A stretch of 64,000 nt of DNA from Thainema sp. (lineage in GTDB: Bacteria; Cyanobacteriota; Cyanobacteriia; Phormidesmidales; Phormidesmidaceae), in assembly GCA_052168235.1 (NCBI GenBank), contig JBQLZK010000008.1, forward strand, positions 64,001-128,000. The letters run 5' to 3'. The notes beneath the pieces were generated by a model that was not told the DNA's origin, made no database searches, and worked only from the letters and a program-made list of their open reading frames with translations. Shown piece by piece: positions 1-9,347 of the stretch. A program made the translations under genes and the position numbers. Positions within the stretch are counted from its first letter, which is position 1; every line of letters starts with the position of its first letter.

Positions 1-1154
1 GGGCTACTTTCTGGGGACTGAGCCACAAAGACAAATGCCTGATTGCCCAGACGGGAAACTGCCGTCACCGGAACTAAAACTCCTGGTTGCTCACGCCAAA
101 TCACAGTTGCTTCTACCCGCTGATCGTCCTGGAGCAATCCTCCAGCGTTACTAAACTGGGCTTTTGCCAAGATCGACTGAGTGGTTGCATCAACCTGGGG
201 TGATACAAACCGAATCTGGCCAGTGGCCAGCGGTGTCGTTTCACCTGGTCGCCGAATCTGCACTTCTAATCCAGGCCGTAATCGCTCCCGTTCCTCGACT
301 GGAATCGACAGATTCAGTTCTAAAGTTTGGTTTTGGGTAATCGTCGTTAGCGGATCACCCGTTTGCACAAATTCCCCTAGCTTGACGGGAATGTCGCCAA
401 TCATGCCTTCAATGGGGGCTACGATGCGCGTATCTTGAAGATCTTCCTGGGCAGCACTCGCTTGTGCTTGGGCGCGACTGAAGGCAGCCTCGGCTTCAGC
501 AACAGCGGACTGGGCGGCTGCAACCTGCCGTTCGGCAGCGGTATAAGTGGCTTGAGCCGTATCGCGATCGCGGCGGGCAATATCCAACTGCTGGGCTGAC
601 TGCGCACCTTCAGACGTGAGATAGGCCGTCCGCTGATAGTCCTGCTGCTGTAGCTCTAAATCCGCTAGAGCACGGGCCTGTTCAGCTTGAGCTGACTGAA
701 GCTGTGCCTGCGCTGTATTGTATGCCGCACGAGCAGCGCTGACGCTTGCTTCGGCGGCACTGTATTCGGCCTGACTGCGATCAGGGCTCAGTTCCACAAT
801 CGGATCGCCAGCGGCAACCTCATCACCTGGGACAACAAAGATCTGAGTGACACGACCATCCACTTCAGGTCGCAGCACCACGCCCTGCTGGGCATCGAGA
901 ACACCCAAAAAGTCAGAGCTGTCCTCAATCGTGCCAGATTGGATCTCTTCCAACTCAACTGGAATGGCCTGTCCCTGCATCATTTGCTGCTGCGGTGGCC
1001 CACCCCGACGTAGAGCAAACAGAGCAATCCCACCGCCACCCAGCAGTAAGACCAGGGCACCTAGCAACCACGGCCATCCCTTTCGCCCAAGCGACTGGAG
1101 CGTGCGCTGGGAGGAATCGCTGGTGGTGGTGGGGTAGGATTGTGAAGACTTCAT
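1..1154 (-). CDS. RND efflux periplasmic adaptor (MFP/HlyD family), 3' part outside the window
   Basis: Not in the ORF track; translated by hand from ATG 1154: MKSSQSYPTT...WPWLLGALVLLLGGGGIALFALRRGGP...IEDSSDFLGVLDAQQGVVLRPEVDGRVTQIFVVPGDEV (TM anchor, lipoyl-like half motif), followed by an Ala/Gln coiled coil and IVAPIEGMIGDIPVKLGEFV. Confidence 0.9.
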   Translation of the reverse strand, partial: MKSSQSYPTTTSDSSQRTLQSLGRKGWPWLLGALVLLLGGGGIALFALRRGGPPQQQMMQGQAIPVELEEIQSGTIEDSSDFLGVLDAQQGVVLRPEVDGRVTQIFVVPGDEVAAGDPIVELSPDRSQAEYSAAEASVSAARAAYNTAQAQLQSAQAEQARALADLELQQQDYQRTAYLTSEGAQSAQQLDIARRDRDTAQATYTAAERQVAAAQSAVAEAEAAFSRAQAQASAAQEDLQDTRIVAPIEGMIGDIPVKLGEFVQTGDPLTTITQNQTLELNLSIPVEERERLRPGLEVQIRRPGETTPLATGQIRFVSPQVDATTQSILAKAQFSNAGGLLQDDQRVEATVIWREQPGVLVPVTAVSRLGNQAFVFVAQSPESS

Positions 1155-1223
1155 AGCGCAATTCCAATTGAGATAGCGGTTTGTAGATACAAAGTGAACC
1201 AACTAGCAGCAGAGAATATTAAT

Positions 1224-1241
1224 TAACTAACTAGATAGTTA
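1224..1241. promoter_or_regulatory. Palindromic operator-like site upstream of the RND adaptor (TetR-like)
   Basis: TAACTAACTAGATAGTTA, an imperfect inverted repeat about 70 bp upstream of the start codon. Confidence 0.4.
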
Positions 1242-1696
1242 TATTAGGTTACTAGCCAAAGGTAGGAAAATACAGTCCGAAACAACCTATATACCCTGGG
1301 ACAACCCATGCCGCTGCCCTTTCGCGAAATAAACTTCTGAAGTCTTAGCCAGTCTTGTATGTCCTGTATTTACAAGCGCTAGATCATCAACAAAACTAAC
1401 GTTTGAAGATTCAGAACGAAAAATGCCTTTGGCCACAATAAGACTTTAAGTATAAGAATTAAGTGTATGGGTGTTTGCCTACTAATACAAGCGAACTACA
1501 ATGTAAAGCCTAACAATTACATAGCTGTTGAGAACGTTATCGAAACTCAAGATTGCCACAATGAAAAGGCTGGCTTGAATCGAAAACTTTTGTTAAGTAT
1601 TGCCTGATTTTAACAGAATCCTCTAAGAGATCACGTAGCGCTGATCTCTTCCTTTAGACAGACTTACGTCAACTCAGCGGCAAGATCTCAAAATTT

Positions 1697-2437
1697 TCAT
1701 TTCGACTTACCGCGCAACAAGCGAGCTACTAGCCCCGGACTGAACCGATGCAGCCACTCCTGCATGTGCATCATACCGACAGGGATATGCTCATGATTGT
1801 GCTTCATAGCATGCAAAAGCGCCTCAGCCACCTCATCGGGATGGATTTTCCAGCCGCCCCGCCCTTGTGTCATTGCCGTATCGACTAGCGGTGGAATCAG
1901 TTCAAATACCTGAATGGGAGAGTTTTCGAGCTGATAGCGGAGTGCATGGGTGAAGTTCTTGAGGGCGGCTTTGGTGGCAGAGTAAACGGGGGCAGACTGC
2001 TTCGGACTTTGAGCCACCGCTGACGTGACATTAATAATGGCCGCCGCCGATTGCAGGCGTAACAGCGGAATGAACTGGTGACAGAGCTGAAGCGGCGCGA
2101 GAAAGTTCACTAGAATTTCTTCCCGCATACGATTCATCGTGGTGGTTTCCGTCCCGAACTGGCACTGGAACTGAACGGCGGCGTTATTCACCAGCACATT
2201 CAGATTGGGATAGGAATCGGCTACGGTCGCGACCATTTTTTGCACCGCATCTGCATGGCCTAAATCGCAACAAAATGGGATTAATTCTGGATAGTCTTGG
2301 CTTGTAGCCTGCAACTGGGTTGGATCTCTGTCAACAATGATTACCTTGTTGTCGTGCTGCAAAAACGCAAGTGCGATCGCACGGCCAATGCCAGCCGCTC
2401 CTCCGGTAATTAGAACTGTGTTGCCTTTGATTTGCAC
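1697..2437 (-). CDS. Short-chain dehydrogenase/reductase (DltE-like)
   Basis: ITGGAAGIG, VLVNNAA and YSATK motifs. Confidence 0.9.
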   Translation of the reverse strand: MQIKGNTVLITGGAAGIGRAIALAFLQHDNKVIIVDRDPTQLQATSQDYPELIPFCCDLGHADAVQKMVATVADSYPNLNVLVNNAAVQFQCQFGTETTTMNRMREEILVNFLAPLQLCHQFIPLLRLQSAAAIINVTSAVAQSPKQSAPVYSATKAALKNFTHALRYQLENSPIQVFELIPPLVDTAMTQGRGGWKIHPDEVAEALLHAMKHNHEHIPVGMMHMQEWLHRFSPGLVARLLRGKSK

Positions 2438-2545
2438 AATAGTTGGTCACTCGCTTCAGAAAATGGGTTGATGGTGGGTTGAGTTATCTCGGTAGCAGGA
2501 CGGGATTGGTAGAGTTGATGGTCGTATCGGACGAACAACCTCCCT

Positions 2546-4018
2546 TCAAGTCCGTCCCACGGCTTGGTTATAGATGCGCTCATTGGCTTTAACGGACTGC
2601 TGTAAGTTCACGACCGGATTGGGATAATCCACTCCCAGCGTTACGCCATAGCGTTTTTGCTCTTCGCGGCTCAGCGTCCAGGGTTCATGCACCTTGTTGG
2701 CCGGAACCTCAGTCAACTCCGGTAGCCAATGTTTCACGTATATGCCCTTGGCATCGTACTTGCTGGCCTGCACCGGAATGTTGAAATAGCGAAATCCCCG
2801 CGCATCGTTGCCGACTCCCGCAGTGTAGTTCCAGTTTCCATAGTTACTACAAACGTCGTAATCGATCAGTAATGATTCGAACCACTCGGCCCCCATGCGC
2901 CAGTCAATCCCCAGATTTTTGGTCAGGAAGCTGGCGACGTTTTGCCGTCCGCGATTCGACATAAAGCCCGAAACCTTCAGCTCTCGCATATTGGCATCCA
3001 CCAGCGGAATACCCGTTGTGCCGTTCTGCCAGCGCTCGAATCGCTCCCAGTCCTGCTGCCAAGGAATTGAGATGCCTTGCAGCCCCGATGGATAAAAAAT
3101 GCGATCGCGGTGTTTGGCGCAAATAAACCGAAAATAGTCCCGCCATAACAATTCGAACACCAGCCAGTACGTAGACTGATTGCGGGTTCGTTGCTCCTCA
3201 TACTCCTGCACCTGGTCGTGAATATAGCGGGGCGACAAGCAGCCCATTGCCAGCCAAGGTGAGAACTTGGACGAATAGTCGGCTCCCAACATGCCGTTGC
3301 GGGTTTCCTTATACCGCTTCAGGTGATCGCCCTGCCAAAAGTAGTCGTGCAGACGCCGCATACCAGCGGTTTCACCACCCTCGAAGACCATCACCGATCG
3401 CGGATCGGGTTCGGCAGGTTCTAAACCCAAATCAGCGAGCGTCGGAATCTCACCGACAGTTAAATCTTCAGGTAACGGGGGCAACTGCTCAGGCGTCGGC
3501 AGCGCCACGTTAATCGTCGCATCCTTTTCCACTGCCTTGCGAAACTGAGTAAACACTTCCGGGATGCGAGGAATCGGAAACGGCAAATCATCTGGATGAT
3601 AGAGTGTTGCGCCCCAGTAGCCGACCAGCTTAGTGACCAGCGGCTCCAGCGCGTCTTTTAGCCCATGCTCAACTGCCAGTTCTTCCGCCGTTACCTCTCG
3701 GTGATAGTAAACGGCATCAACTTGATGAGCTTTAACCAGTTTGGGAATGACTGTTTCCGGCTGACCCTGCTGCACAATCAGGTTGCTACCCCGTGACTGG
3801 AGCGACTGCCTTAAATTCGTCAAGCTCTCGATTAAAAAACGCGCTCGGTGAGCACCCGTCTTGGGAAAGCCAAAGGAAGTCTGCTCAAAATGGCGGGGGT
3901 CAACGCAATATAGTGGCAGAACCTGCGCCCTTGAATCTACGGCATCATATAGCGGCTCGTGATCATGCAGTCTTAGATCATTACGAAACCAAATTAGAAC
4001 TGTTTTCCCCACGGTCAA
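2546..4018 (-). CDS. Cryptochrome DASH (photolyase family)
   Basis: WFRNDLRLHD, YKETRNGMLGADYSSKFSPWLA, GFMSNRGRQNVASFL, DYDVCSNYGNW. Confidence 0.95.
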   Translation of the reverse strand: MTVGKTVLIWFRNDLRLHDHEPLYDAVDSRAQVLPLYCVDPRHFEQTSFGFPKTGAHRARFLIESLTNLRQSLQSRGSNLIVQQGQPETVIPKLVKAHQVDAVYYHREVTAEELAVEHGLKDALEPLVTKLVGYWGATLYHPDDLPFPIPRIPEVFTQFRKAVEKDATINVALPTPEQLPPLPEDLTVGEIPTLADLGLEPAEPDPRSVMVFEGGETAGMRRLHDYFWQGDHLKRYKETRNGMLGADYSSKFSPWLAMGCLSPRYIHDQVQEYEEQRTRNQSTYWLVFELLWRDYFRFICAKHRDRIFYPSGLQGISIPWQQDWERFERWQNGTTGIPLVDANMRELKVSGFMSNRGRQNVASFLTKNLGIDWRMGAEWFESLLIDYDVCSNYGNWNYTAGVGNDARGFRYFNIPVQASKYDAKGIYVKHWLPELTEVPANKVHEPWTLSREEQKRYGVTLGVDYPNPVVNLQQSVKANERIYNQAVGRT

Positions 4019-4335
4019 TTTCTATTGCGACAACTCCATCCGCTAAGCACAAGCAATAGCTAATTATTAAGATATGATACATTTCTTGATTTTTCATCAC
4101 ATCAGTCGCGAGGTGCATAATTAATCAGTTTGCTGTGACAGCCGCAAAATTGGAGCTTAAACGAGCGTATCCGCAGACTGATAAATTGGATGTAAATACT
4201 ATCTACCAGGGAGTTCAGCACACAGACGCAGCGGTTTAGTTGTGTCGCTTTGGCTTCCTGTCTATAGCGCTGCTTTGGTTCCGGATGCCGTTGCTAGAGT
4301 CAGAGTAGATAATTATTGATTTCCCTTGGTCTCCC

Positions 4336-4995
4336 ATGAAAGCTCAACCGATTTTGCTGGGTGTTGCGATCGCAGGTATAGCGGTCTCAGTTGGATATTT
4401 GTCTTTGAGCAAACAAGCTCCCTCTTCATTGGATAGTCCGGGGCCAACTGCGATCGCAACGGATGCTGCACCCGCATCAAGCTCAGCTGCTGATGTGGCG
4501 GTGGCTGACGAGGCCAGCGCATCGCCAGCATCTTCGCAACCGTCTAAGACACCATCTACTACCCAATCCGACAGAACGTCAGACAGCGCATCAGACAGTG
4601 CAAGCTCACAAGCTGGGACACAGGCTGGCGCAATCGAACCAAAATTCGATGCTTCTACGGGGGACAACGACGTTGCAGCTCTGCCATCTTGTAGTGACGC
4701 TGTCACGCAGACCGACATGAATATCTGTGCCCATCAATCCTATGAAGCGGTTGATGTTGAACTGAATCAGACTTATCAGGCACTCACACAAGAACTCAAT
4801 GCTCCTGAACAGGAACTGCTGACGGATGCAGAACTGGCCTGGATTGAATATCGTGATAATACCTGTGAACTCGAAGCTGCACCCTATGAAGGTGGCACGA
4901 TTCAGCCGCTGATTTACTCGCAGTGTCTGACCCGGATGACCGAAAACCGGACGGCGGAACTGCAGGCCCATCTAGATGAAATCAATTCCCGCTAA
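4336..4995 (+). CDS. Exported protein with C-terminal LprI/DUF1311 lysozyme-inhibitor-like domain
   Basis: N-terminal hydrophobic segment, Ser/Ala linker, C..TQTDMNIC...AELAWIEYRDNTC...CLTRMTENRTAEL. Confidence 0.85.
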   Translation: MKAQPILLGVAIAGIAVSVGYLSLSKQAPSSLDSPGPTAIATDAAPASSSAADVAVADEASASPASSQPSKTPSTTQSDRTSDSASDSASSQAGTQAGAIEPKFDASTGDNDVAALPSCSDAVTQTDMNICAHQSYEAVDVELNQTYQALTQELNAPEQELLTDAELAWIEYRDNTCELEAAPYEGGTIQPLIYSQCLTRMTENRTAELQAHLDEINSR

Positions 4996-5071
4996 ATTGT
5001 CAGCTCATTCGCTGATCAATAAAGTCCCCATTACTCAACACCTAGTTCGTTTTCCTGGAGATTGATCAACT

Positions 5072-5998
5072 ATGTCTCGCCATTCTGTGAAATTCATGAG
5101 TCTAATTGCGGCGGCGCTGATGACTGGGGTTGTGGGTTGCAATGCTCCGTCGTCGGATTCCGCGTCTACCGACACATCGAATACGACTGAAACCGAGCAG
5201 GTGGATGCGGTGAATGCCACAGATGAAACAGATGAGACGGATGAGACAGGTGCGATCGCATCTTCTGCTGAATCATCTCAATCAGGAACCGACGCAGCGT
5301 CCAGCCAAACCGCCAATGCATCAAATTCACTCAAAGCTGGCCAATACTGCTACGAAGCCGAGACAGATGATGTATCCGGAGTTGTACGCTTGACGGTAAA
5401 TTCGGATCGAACCGTAAGTGGTGATAGTCAGGCTAGCATCCACAATGAAGAAGCAGGCTATTACAGCTCCTATCGGCAAGATTTTGCGGGAACGCTAGAC
5501 GGCAATCAGCTTGATTTGGATGTGACGACCTGGATTGAGTATGACGTGCAGAATGAACAGCAAACCTGGACAGCCTCGGCCCAGCAGCTTGACGATACCA
5601 GCAACGTTTATAGTCCGGTAGACTGTGAGCTGGTGCAAAATCTATTTGTCAATGCCGATGGTCTAGAGGCCGAAGACCTGACGGCTTATGCAACTGCAGT
5701 ACATGAGCATCGAGTTCAGTTCCCGACTGGCAGTACGTCCACAACTGTGGAACGTGGCGTTGTTCGGGCTGAGCGGGATGTGCTACTGCTCGGTGCTCAG
5801 GGCGGTCAGGAGATGACGCTGGATATCTCGTCTCTAGAAGACAATGCCGCGTTTGATGTTGTTTCGCCCAGTGGCCAAATTATGGTGACAGAAAGCACTA
5901 GCGAGCAATTATTCCTACCGGAAACCGGTGATTACAAAGTCATCGTCGGTTCAACGCGCGGCAATACCAGCTATCAGCTCTACATCGAGATTGATTAG
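5072..5998 (+). CDS. Acidic lipoprotein with C-terminal pre-peptidase-like (PPC) domain
   Basis: Lipobox-like VVGC; C-terminal LPETGDYKVIVGSTRGNTSYQLYIEI. Confidence 0.7.
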   Translation: MSRHSVKFMSLIAAALMTGVVGCNAPSSDSASTDTSNTTETEQVDAVNATDETDETDETGAIASSAESSQSGTDAASSQTANASNSLKAGQYCYEAETDDVSGVVRLTVNSDRTVSGDSQASIHNEEAGYYSSYRQDFAGTLDGNQLDLDVTTWIEYDVQNEQQTWTASAQQLDDTSNVYSPVDCELVQNLFVNADGLEAEDLTAYATAVHEHRVQFPTGSTSTTVERGVVRAERDVLLLGAQGGQEMTLDISSLEDNAAFDVVSPSGQIMVTESTSEQLFLPETGDYKVIVGSTRGNTSYQLYIEID

Positions 5999-6152
5999 CA
6001 GTATTAATTAGCAGTTCAACTGAGACGTAATTGAGGCGTGATTGAGATATCATCCACATTGCCTGATCAGCGCCACCTGCAAACTGTCTCCTGCGAATTC
6101 TATTGGCCAAGCGCTAGAGCTATAGTAATGGACGAGTGCTCTAGCCAGAACC

Positions 6153-7280
6153 ATGAACTTTCAGATCCAGCCCGTCACCACCCCCGAAGACATTGAGCAA
6201 TTTCTCGACGTGCCTGCTCGTGTCTATGCCAACGATCCCAACTGGATCGCCCCCATTCGCAGCAGCGAGGCCAAAAAGCTCGCGCCGGATAACCCGTTTT
6301 TGTCCTATGGCAAACTGCAAGCCTTTATGGCGCTGGCAGACGGAGAACCCATTGGCCGAGTTGTAGCGGCTGTCAATCAGCGGCTAATTGAAGTGGAGAA
6401 AAAGCCATTGGGCTTGTTTGGCTTTTTCGAGTGCATCAATCAGTTCGAAGTGGCACAAGCCTTATTGAATGCCGCGACTGACTGGCTGCGAGAACAGGGT
6501 ATGGCGGAAGTCCGTGGCCCGATTGATCTATCGACACACAACGACTGCTTATTTTTGGTAGACGGATTTGATACGCCGCCGCTGGTGATGATGCCCTATA
6601 ATCCGCCCTATTATCCAGAATTTATGGAAAAAATGGGCTGGCACAAGGCAAAAGATGCCTATGCCTATGATTTCCCGCTGGATGAGGGCCTGCCGTCAAA
6701 ATTTGAGAAAGCCTATCGTATTGCCAAACAGTCAGGTGTTACGTTCCGGCCACTCAATATCAAGGGCAAAGCCTTTGAGCAAGATGCGCGGTCGCTCTAT
6801 CGGCTGTTTACGGAAGCCTTTGCCAACAACTGGAGTTCCACACCACGCACCGAAGAAGAGTTTTTAGAGGAAGCAAAAGACCTCCAGCAGCTTGTCGATC
6901 CCGATTTGTTCCCGATCGCAGAAGTGAATGGCAAAATGGTGGGCTTTTTTATGGGCTTGCCGGACTACAACATTGCCCTGAAGCGGCTCAACGGCAAGTT
7001 CAACTGGTGGGGCATCCTCAAGTTCCTCTGGTATCGTCGCCAAATTGATCAAGGACGCGTGATTGCGATTTGTTCACTGCCGGAATATCGGCGGAAAATG
7101 GTGCCGCTAGCGCTGATTTATTTGGGTATGCAGGGCGGCATCAAGAAAGGCAAACCCTATAAACGGGCCGAACTCTCCTGGGTTTGGGAAGACAACATGC
7201 CCTCGCGCCGCTTAATCGAGGCATCCGGCGGAAAGTGGTACAAGACCTATCGAATCTACGAAAAATCGCTGTCAGAATAG
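6153..7280 (+). CDS. YghO/bCerS-like GNAT-fold acyltransferase
   Basis: YANDPNWIAP, GRVVA, FGFFEC, DWLREQGM..VRGP, DGFDTPPLVMMPYNPPYY, AELSWVWEDN, KTYRIYEK. Confidence 0.75.
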   Translation: MNFQIQPVTTPEDIEQFLDVPARVYANDPNWIAPIRSSEAKKLAPDNPFLSYGKLQAFMALADGEPIGRVVAAVNQRLIEVEKKPLGLFGFFECINQFEVAQALLNAATDWLREQGMAEVRGPIDLSTHNDCLFLVDGFDTPPLVMMPYNPPYYPEFMEKMGWHKAKDAYAYDFPLDEGLPSKFEKAYRIAKQSGVTFRPLNIKGKAFEQDARSLYRLFTEAFANNWSSTPRTEEEFLEEAKDLQQLVDPDLFPIAEVNGKMVGFFMGLPDYNIALKRLNGKFNWWGILKFLWYRRQIDQGRVIAICSLPEYRRKMVPLALIYLGMQGGIKKGKPYKRAELSWVWEDNMPSRRLIEASGGKWYKTYRIYEKSLSE

Positions 7281-7282
7281 AA

Positions 7283-7329
7283 GTTCTGTTTGTGAAAGCT
7301 TGGCTCAGCCAAGCTTTCACAAACAGAAC
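7283..7329. repeat. Perfect 47-bp inverted repeat (23-1-23) between co-oriented genes
   Basis: GTTCTGTTTGTGAAAGCTTGGCT-C-AGCCAAGCTTTCACAAACAGAAC. Confidence 0.9.
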
Positions 7330-7364
7330 GGGTTAGTTTTATGAACGGCAATAGGACGGTAGCA

Positions 7365-8354
7365 ATGAAAGCATTAGTCACGGGTGCCAATGGATTCACC
7401 GGATCTCATCTGGTCGAAGCGCTGAATCAGCGGGGCGATCAGGTGGTGGGACTGGTGCGTCAAACCAGTGATTTGTCGCGCTTGCAAGATGCCGAGATTG
7501 AACTGGTCTATGGCGATATCTGCGATCGCGATTCTCTCTTAAAAGCAATGACCGATGTGGACGTGGTGTTTCACATTGCCGCCTATGTGGAATTGGGACT
7601 GGTCAACGAAGCCTATATGGAGCGGGTCAACGTGGAGGGTACTCGTAATGTGCTGGAAGTGGCGCAGTCTCTGCAGATGGAACTAGGCAAACCGACGAAG
7701 CTGGTCTATTGCAGCACAATCGGCATCTATGGCGACACCCAGGGGCAAACGATTGACGAAACCTTTCAGCGCACCCAGACGACCTATTCCTCGGCCTACG
7801 ATCGCACGAAGCTCCAGGCGCAGCAGCTAGTAGATCAGGCGGCACGCAATGGTTTGCCGATTGTCAGCCTGATGCCCGCTGGCATTCTCGGCTCGGATGA
7901 TCCGCACTTTGGGCCAGCGGTGCAGCTTTTCCTCAAGGGTTGGATGAAGTTCTGGCCCGGTGGCGACCGGGTGACGGGCGTGGTGCATGTGGACGATTTG
8001 GTCAGCGCCATGCTGCTGGCGGCGGATAAGGCCCCAGCGGGTGAACACTACATCATCTCGGCGGGTGATTTGACGACGCGAGAAATGTTCCAGTTACTGA
8101 GCCGAGAAACGGGCATTCCCGCACCTAAAGATCCACCAGAAGCTGTCGTGCGCTTCGTAGGCAATGTGCTTGACCCAATTGGCCGCGTTTTCAAGTGGAA
8201 TCCGCCCATCGGTCGCGAACGAGTTCACTATATTTATGATCGCTGCGTGCGCGTAGACGCAAGTAAGGCACGGCGGGAGCTAGACTGGCAACCGCGATCG
8301 GTGGAGGCGTTATTGCAGCAAATTGTCAAAGAAATGCAGGTGGCTAAAAGGTAG
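7365..8354 (+). CDS. NAD-dependent epimerase/dehydratase (extended SDR)
   Basis: ALVTGANGFTGSHL, VFHIAA, YDRTK catalytic motif; alternative start at 7341. Confidence 0.9.
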   Translation: MKALVTGANGFTGSHLVEALNQRGDQVVGLVRQTSDLSRLQDAEIELVYGDICDRDSLLKAMTDVDVVFHIAAYVELGLVNEAYMERVNVEGTRNVLEVAQSLQMELGKPTKLVYCSTIGIYGDTQGQTIDETFQRTQTTYSSAYDRTKLQAQQLVDQAARNGLPIVSLMPAGILGSDDPHFGPAVQLFLKGWMKFWPGGDRVTGVVHVDDLVSAMLLAADKAPAGEHYIISAGDLTTREMFQLLSRETGIPAPKDPPEAVVRFVGNVLDPIGRVFKWNPPIGRERVHYIYDRCVRVDASKARRELDWQPRSVEALLQQIVKEMQVAKR

Positions 8355-8443
8355 GTTGGGTAGAGCAACGCGAAACCCAACAAAAACTCTGTCAACACCC
8401 AAAAACTTGTAAATGTTGGGTTTCATTCTTCAACCCAACCTAC
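8351..8443. repeat. Inverted pair of GTAG-type REP elements (REPIN-like)
   Basis: GTAGGTTGGGTAGAGCAACGCGAAACCCAACA...TGTTGGGTTTCATTCTTCAACCCAACCTAC; supplies the TAG stop of the upstream gene. Confidence 0.75.
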
Positions 8444-8505
8444 AGGATTTGCGATCGCACTGAGACATAGCATCAAAAGCAGCTTCTTCGTCTGCCAGAT
8501 GAGCA

Positions 8506-9088
8506 TCACAAATCATTTACATCAACTACGCTGCCGTATTCTTCGGAATAAACAAACTGCCCCGACGCCAAGCCCTCGGCATATTATTGCTTCAGCCAAT
8601 CCCGAAAGCTGGGCGCAATAAGCTTGCGCTCGTCGTCATCGTGCCACATTGTGATGATTTGTCCGACTTTTCCACCATCAGCCGGGTTCAAATCTAGACA
8701 GTCATGATTTCCTGCACCGTCATGGGTTAGCGGTATCCACTTGTCGCTCCACCAAACGTGGCGAATGCCAGGGTCGGGGTTACTTTCCTGAGTTGGATCA
8801 TGAATTTGGAATTCACCGCTATCTAGCAATTCTTTCCAAACTTGCCATTCATTCCGAATCCGTTCCAGCGACAGAAATTCTCGCCCATTGATCAACCCAT
8901 ATCTATAGGTTGATTGGCCGTTATGAACGTGATAGGAAGCTTTAACATCTTCGGGAAATTGAATAGAGAGAAGATTTTCCAACTCCAGCAATCTGAGCAT
9001 CGGATGCTCCAGGTTGTAGCGTGTCTAATACCTGTGGCGCATTTGCCTGCATCCATTTTTCGATTTGGCTCCAAATGTCTTGCATCAT
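8506..9088 (-). pseudogene. SMI1/KNR4-family immunity-like protein, frameshifted and prematurely stopped
   Basis: MQDIWSQIEKW...LQPGASDAQIA, then a shift into ELENLLSIQFPEDVKASY..HNGQ (extra G near 8986); in-frame TAA at 8584-8586 followed by YAEGLASGQFVYSEEYGSVVDVNDL*. Confidence 0.85.
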
Positions 9089-9347
9089 TGTTTTATGGTC
9101 AGTGTGCAGCTCATTTGACATCACTCTGCCTCCTGCGATCGCAGCTTCACGTTGCAGCTTTATTTCATTGTATGAATCTTGATCCGGCTCCGTATCAGCA
9201 CAGCCAGTTCTCACCCAAACCTGTTAAGCGGGACTAAGGATCTATTGTTAATCCCTCATTTTTTGGCGACACTAATAGATCCAGGGGTGCGATCGCAGGT
9301 TGATGCCTTCGATTGCCGATCCTGTGCCGTCATTCAATAGAAGCTCT

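Noticed and set aside
181..1167. Short ORFs listed in the track
   Set aside because: Shadow frames of the minus-strand RND adaptor gene
1697..2437. SDR as a ketosphinganine reductase for the lipid hypothesis
   Set aside because: DltE-like, on the opposite strand and linked to Cry-DASH; nothing ties it to 6153-8354
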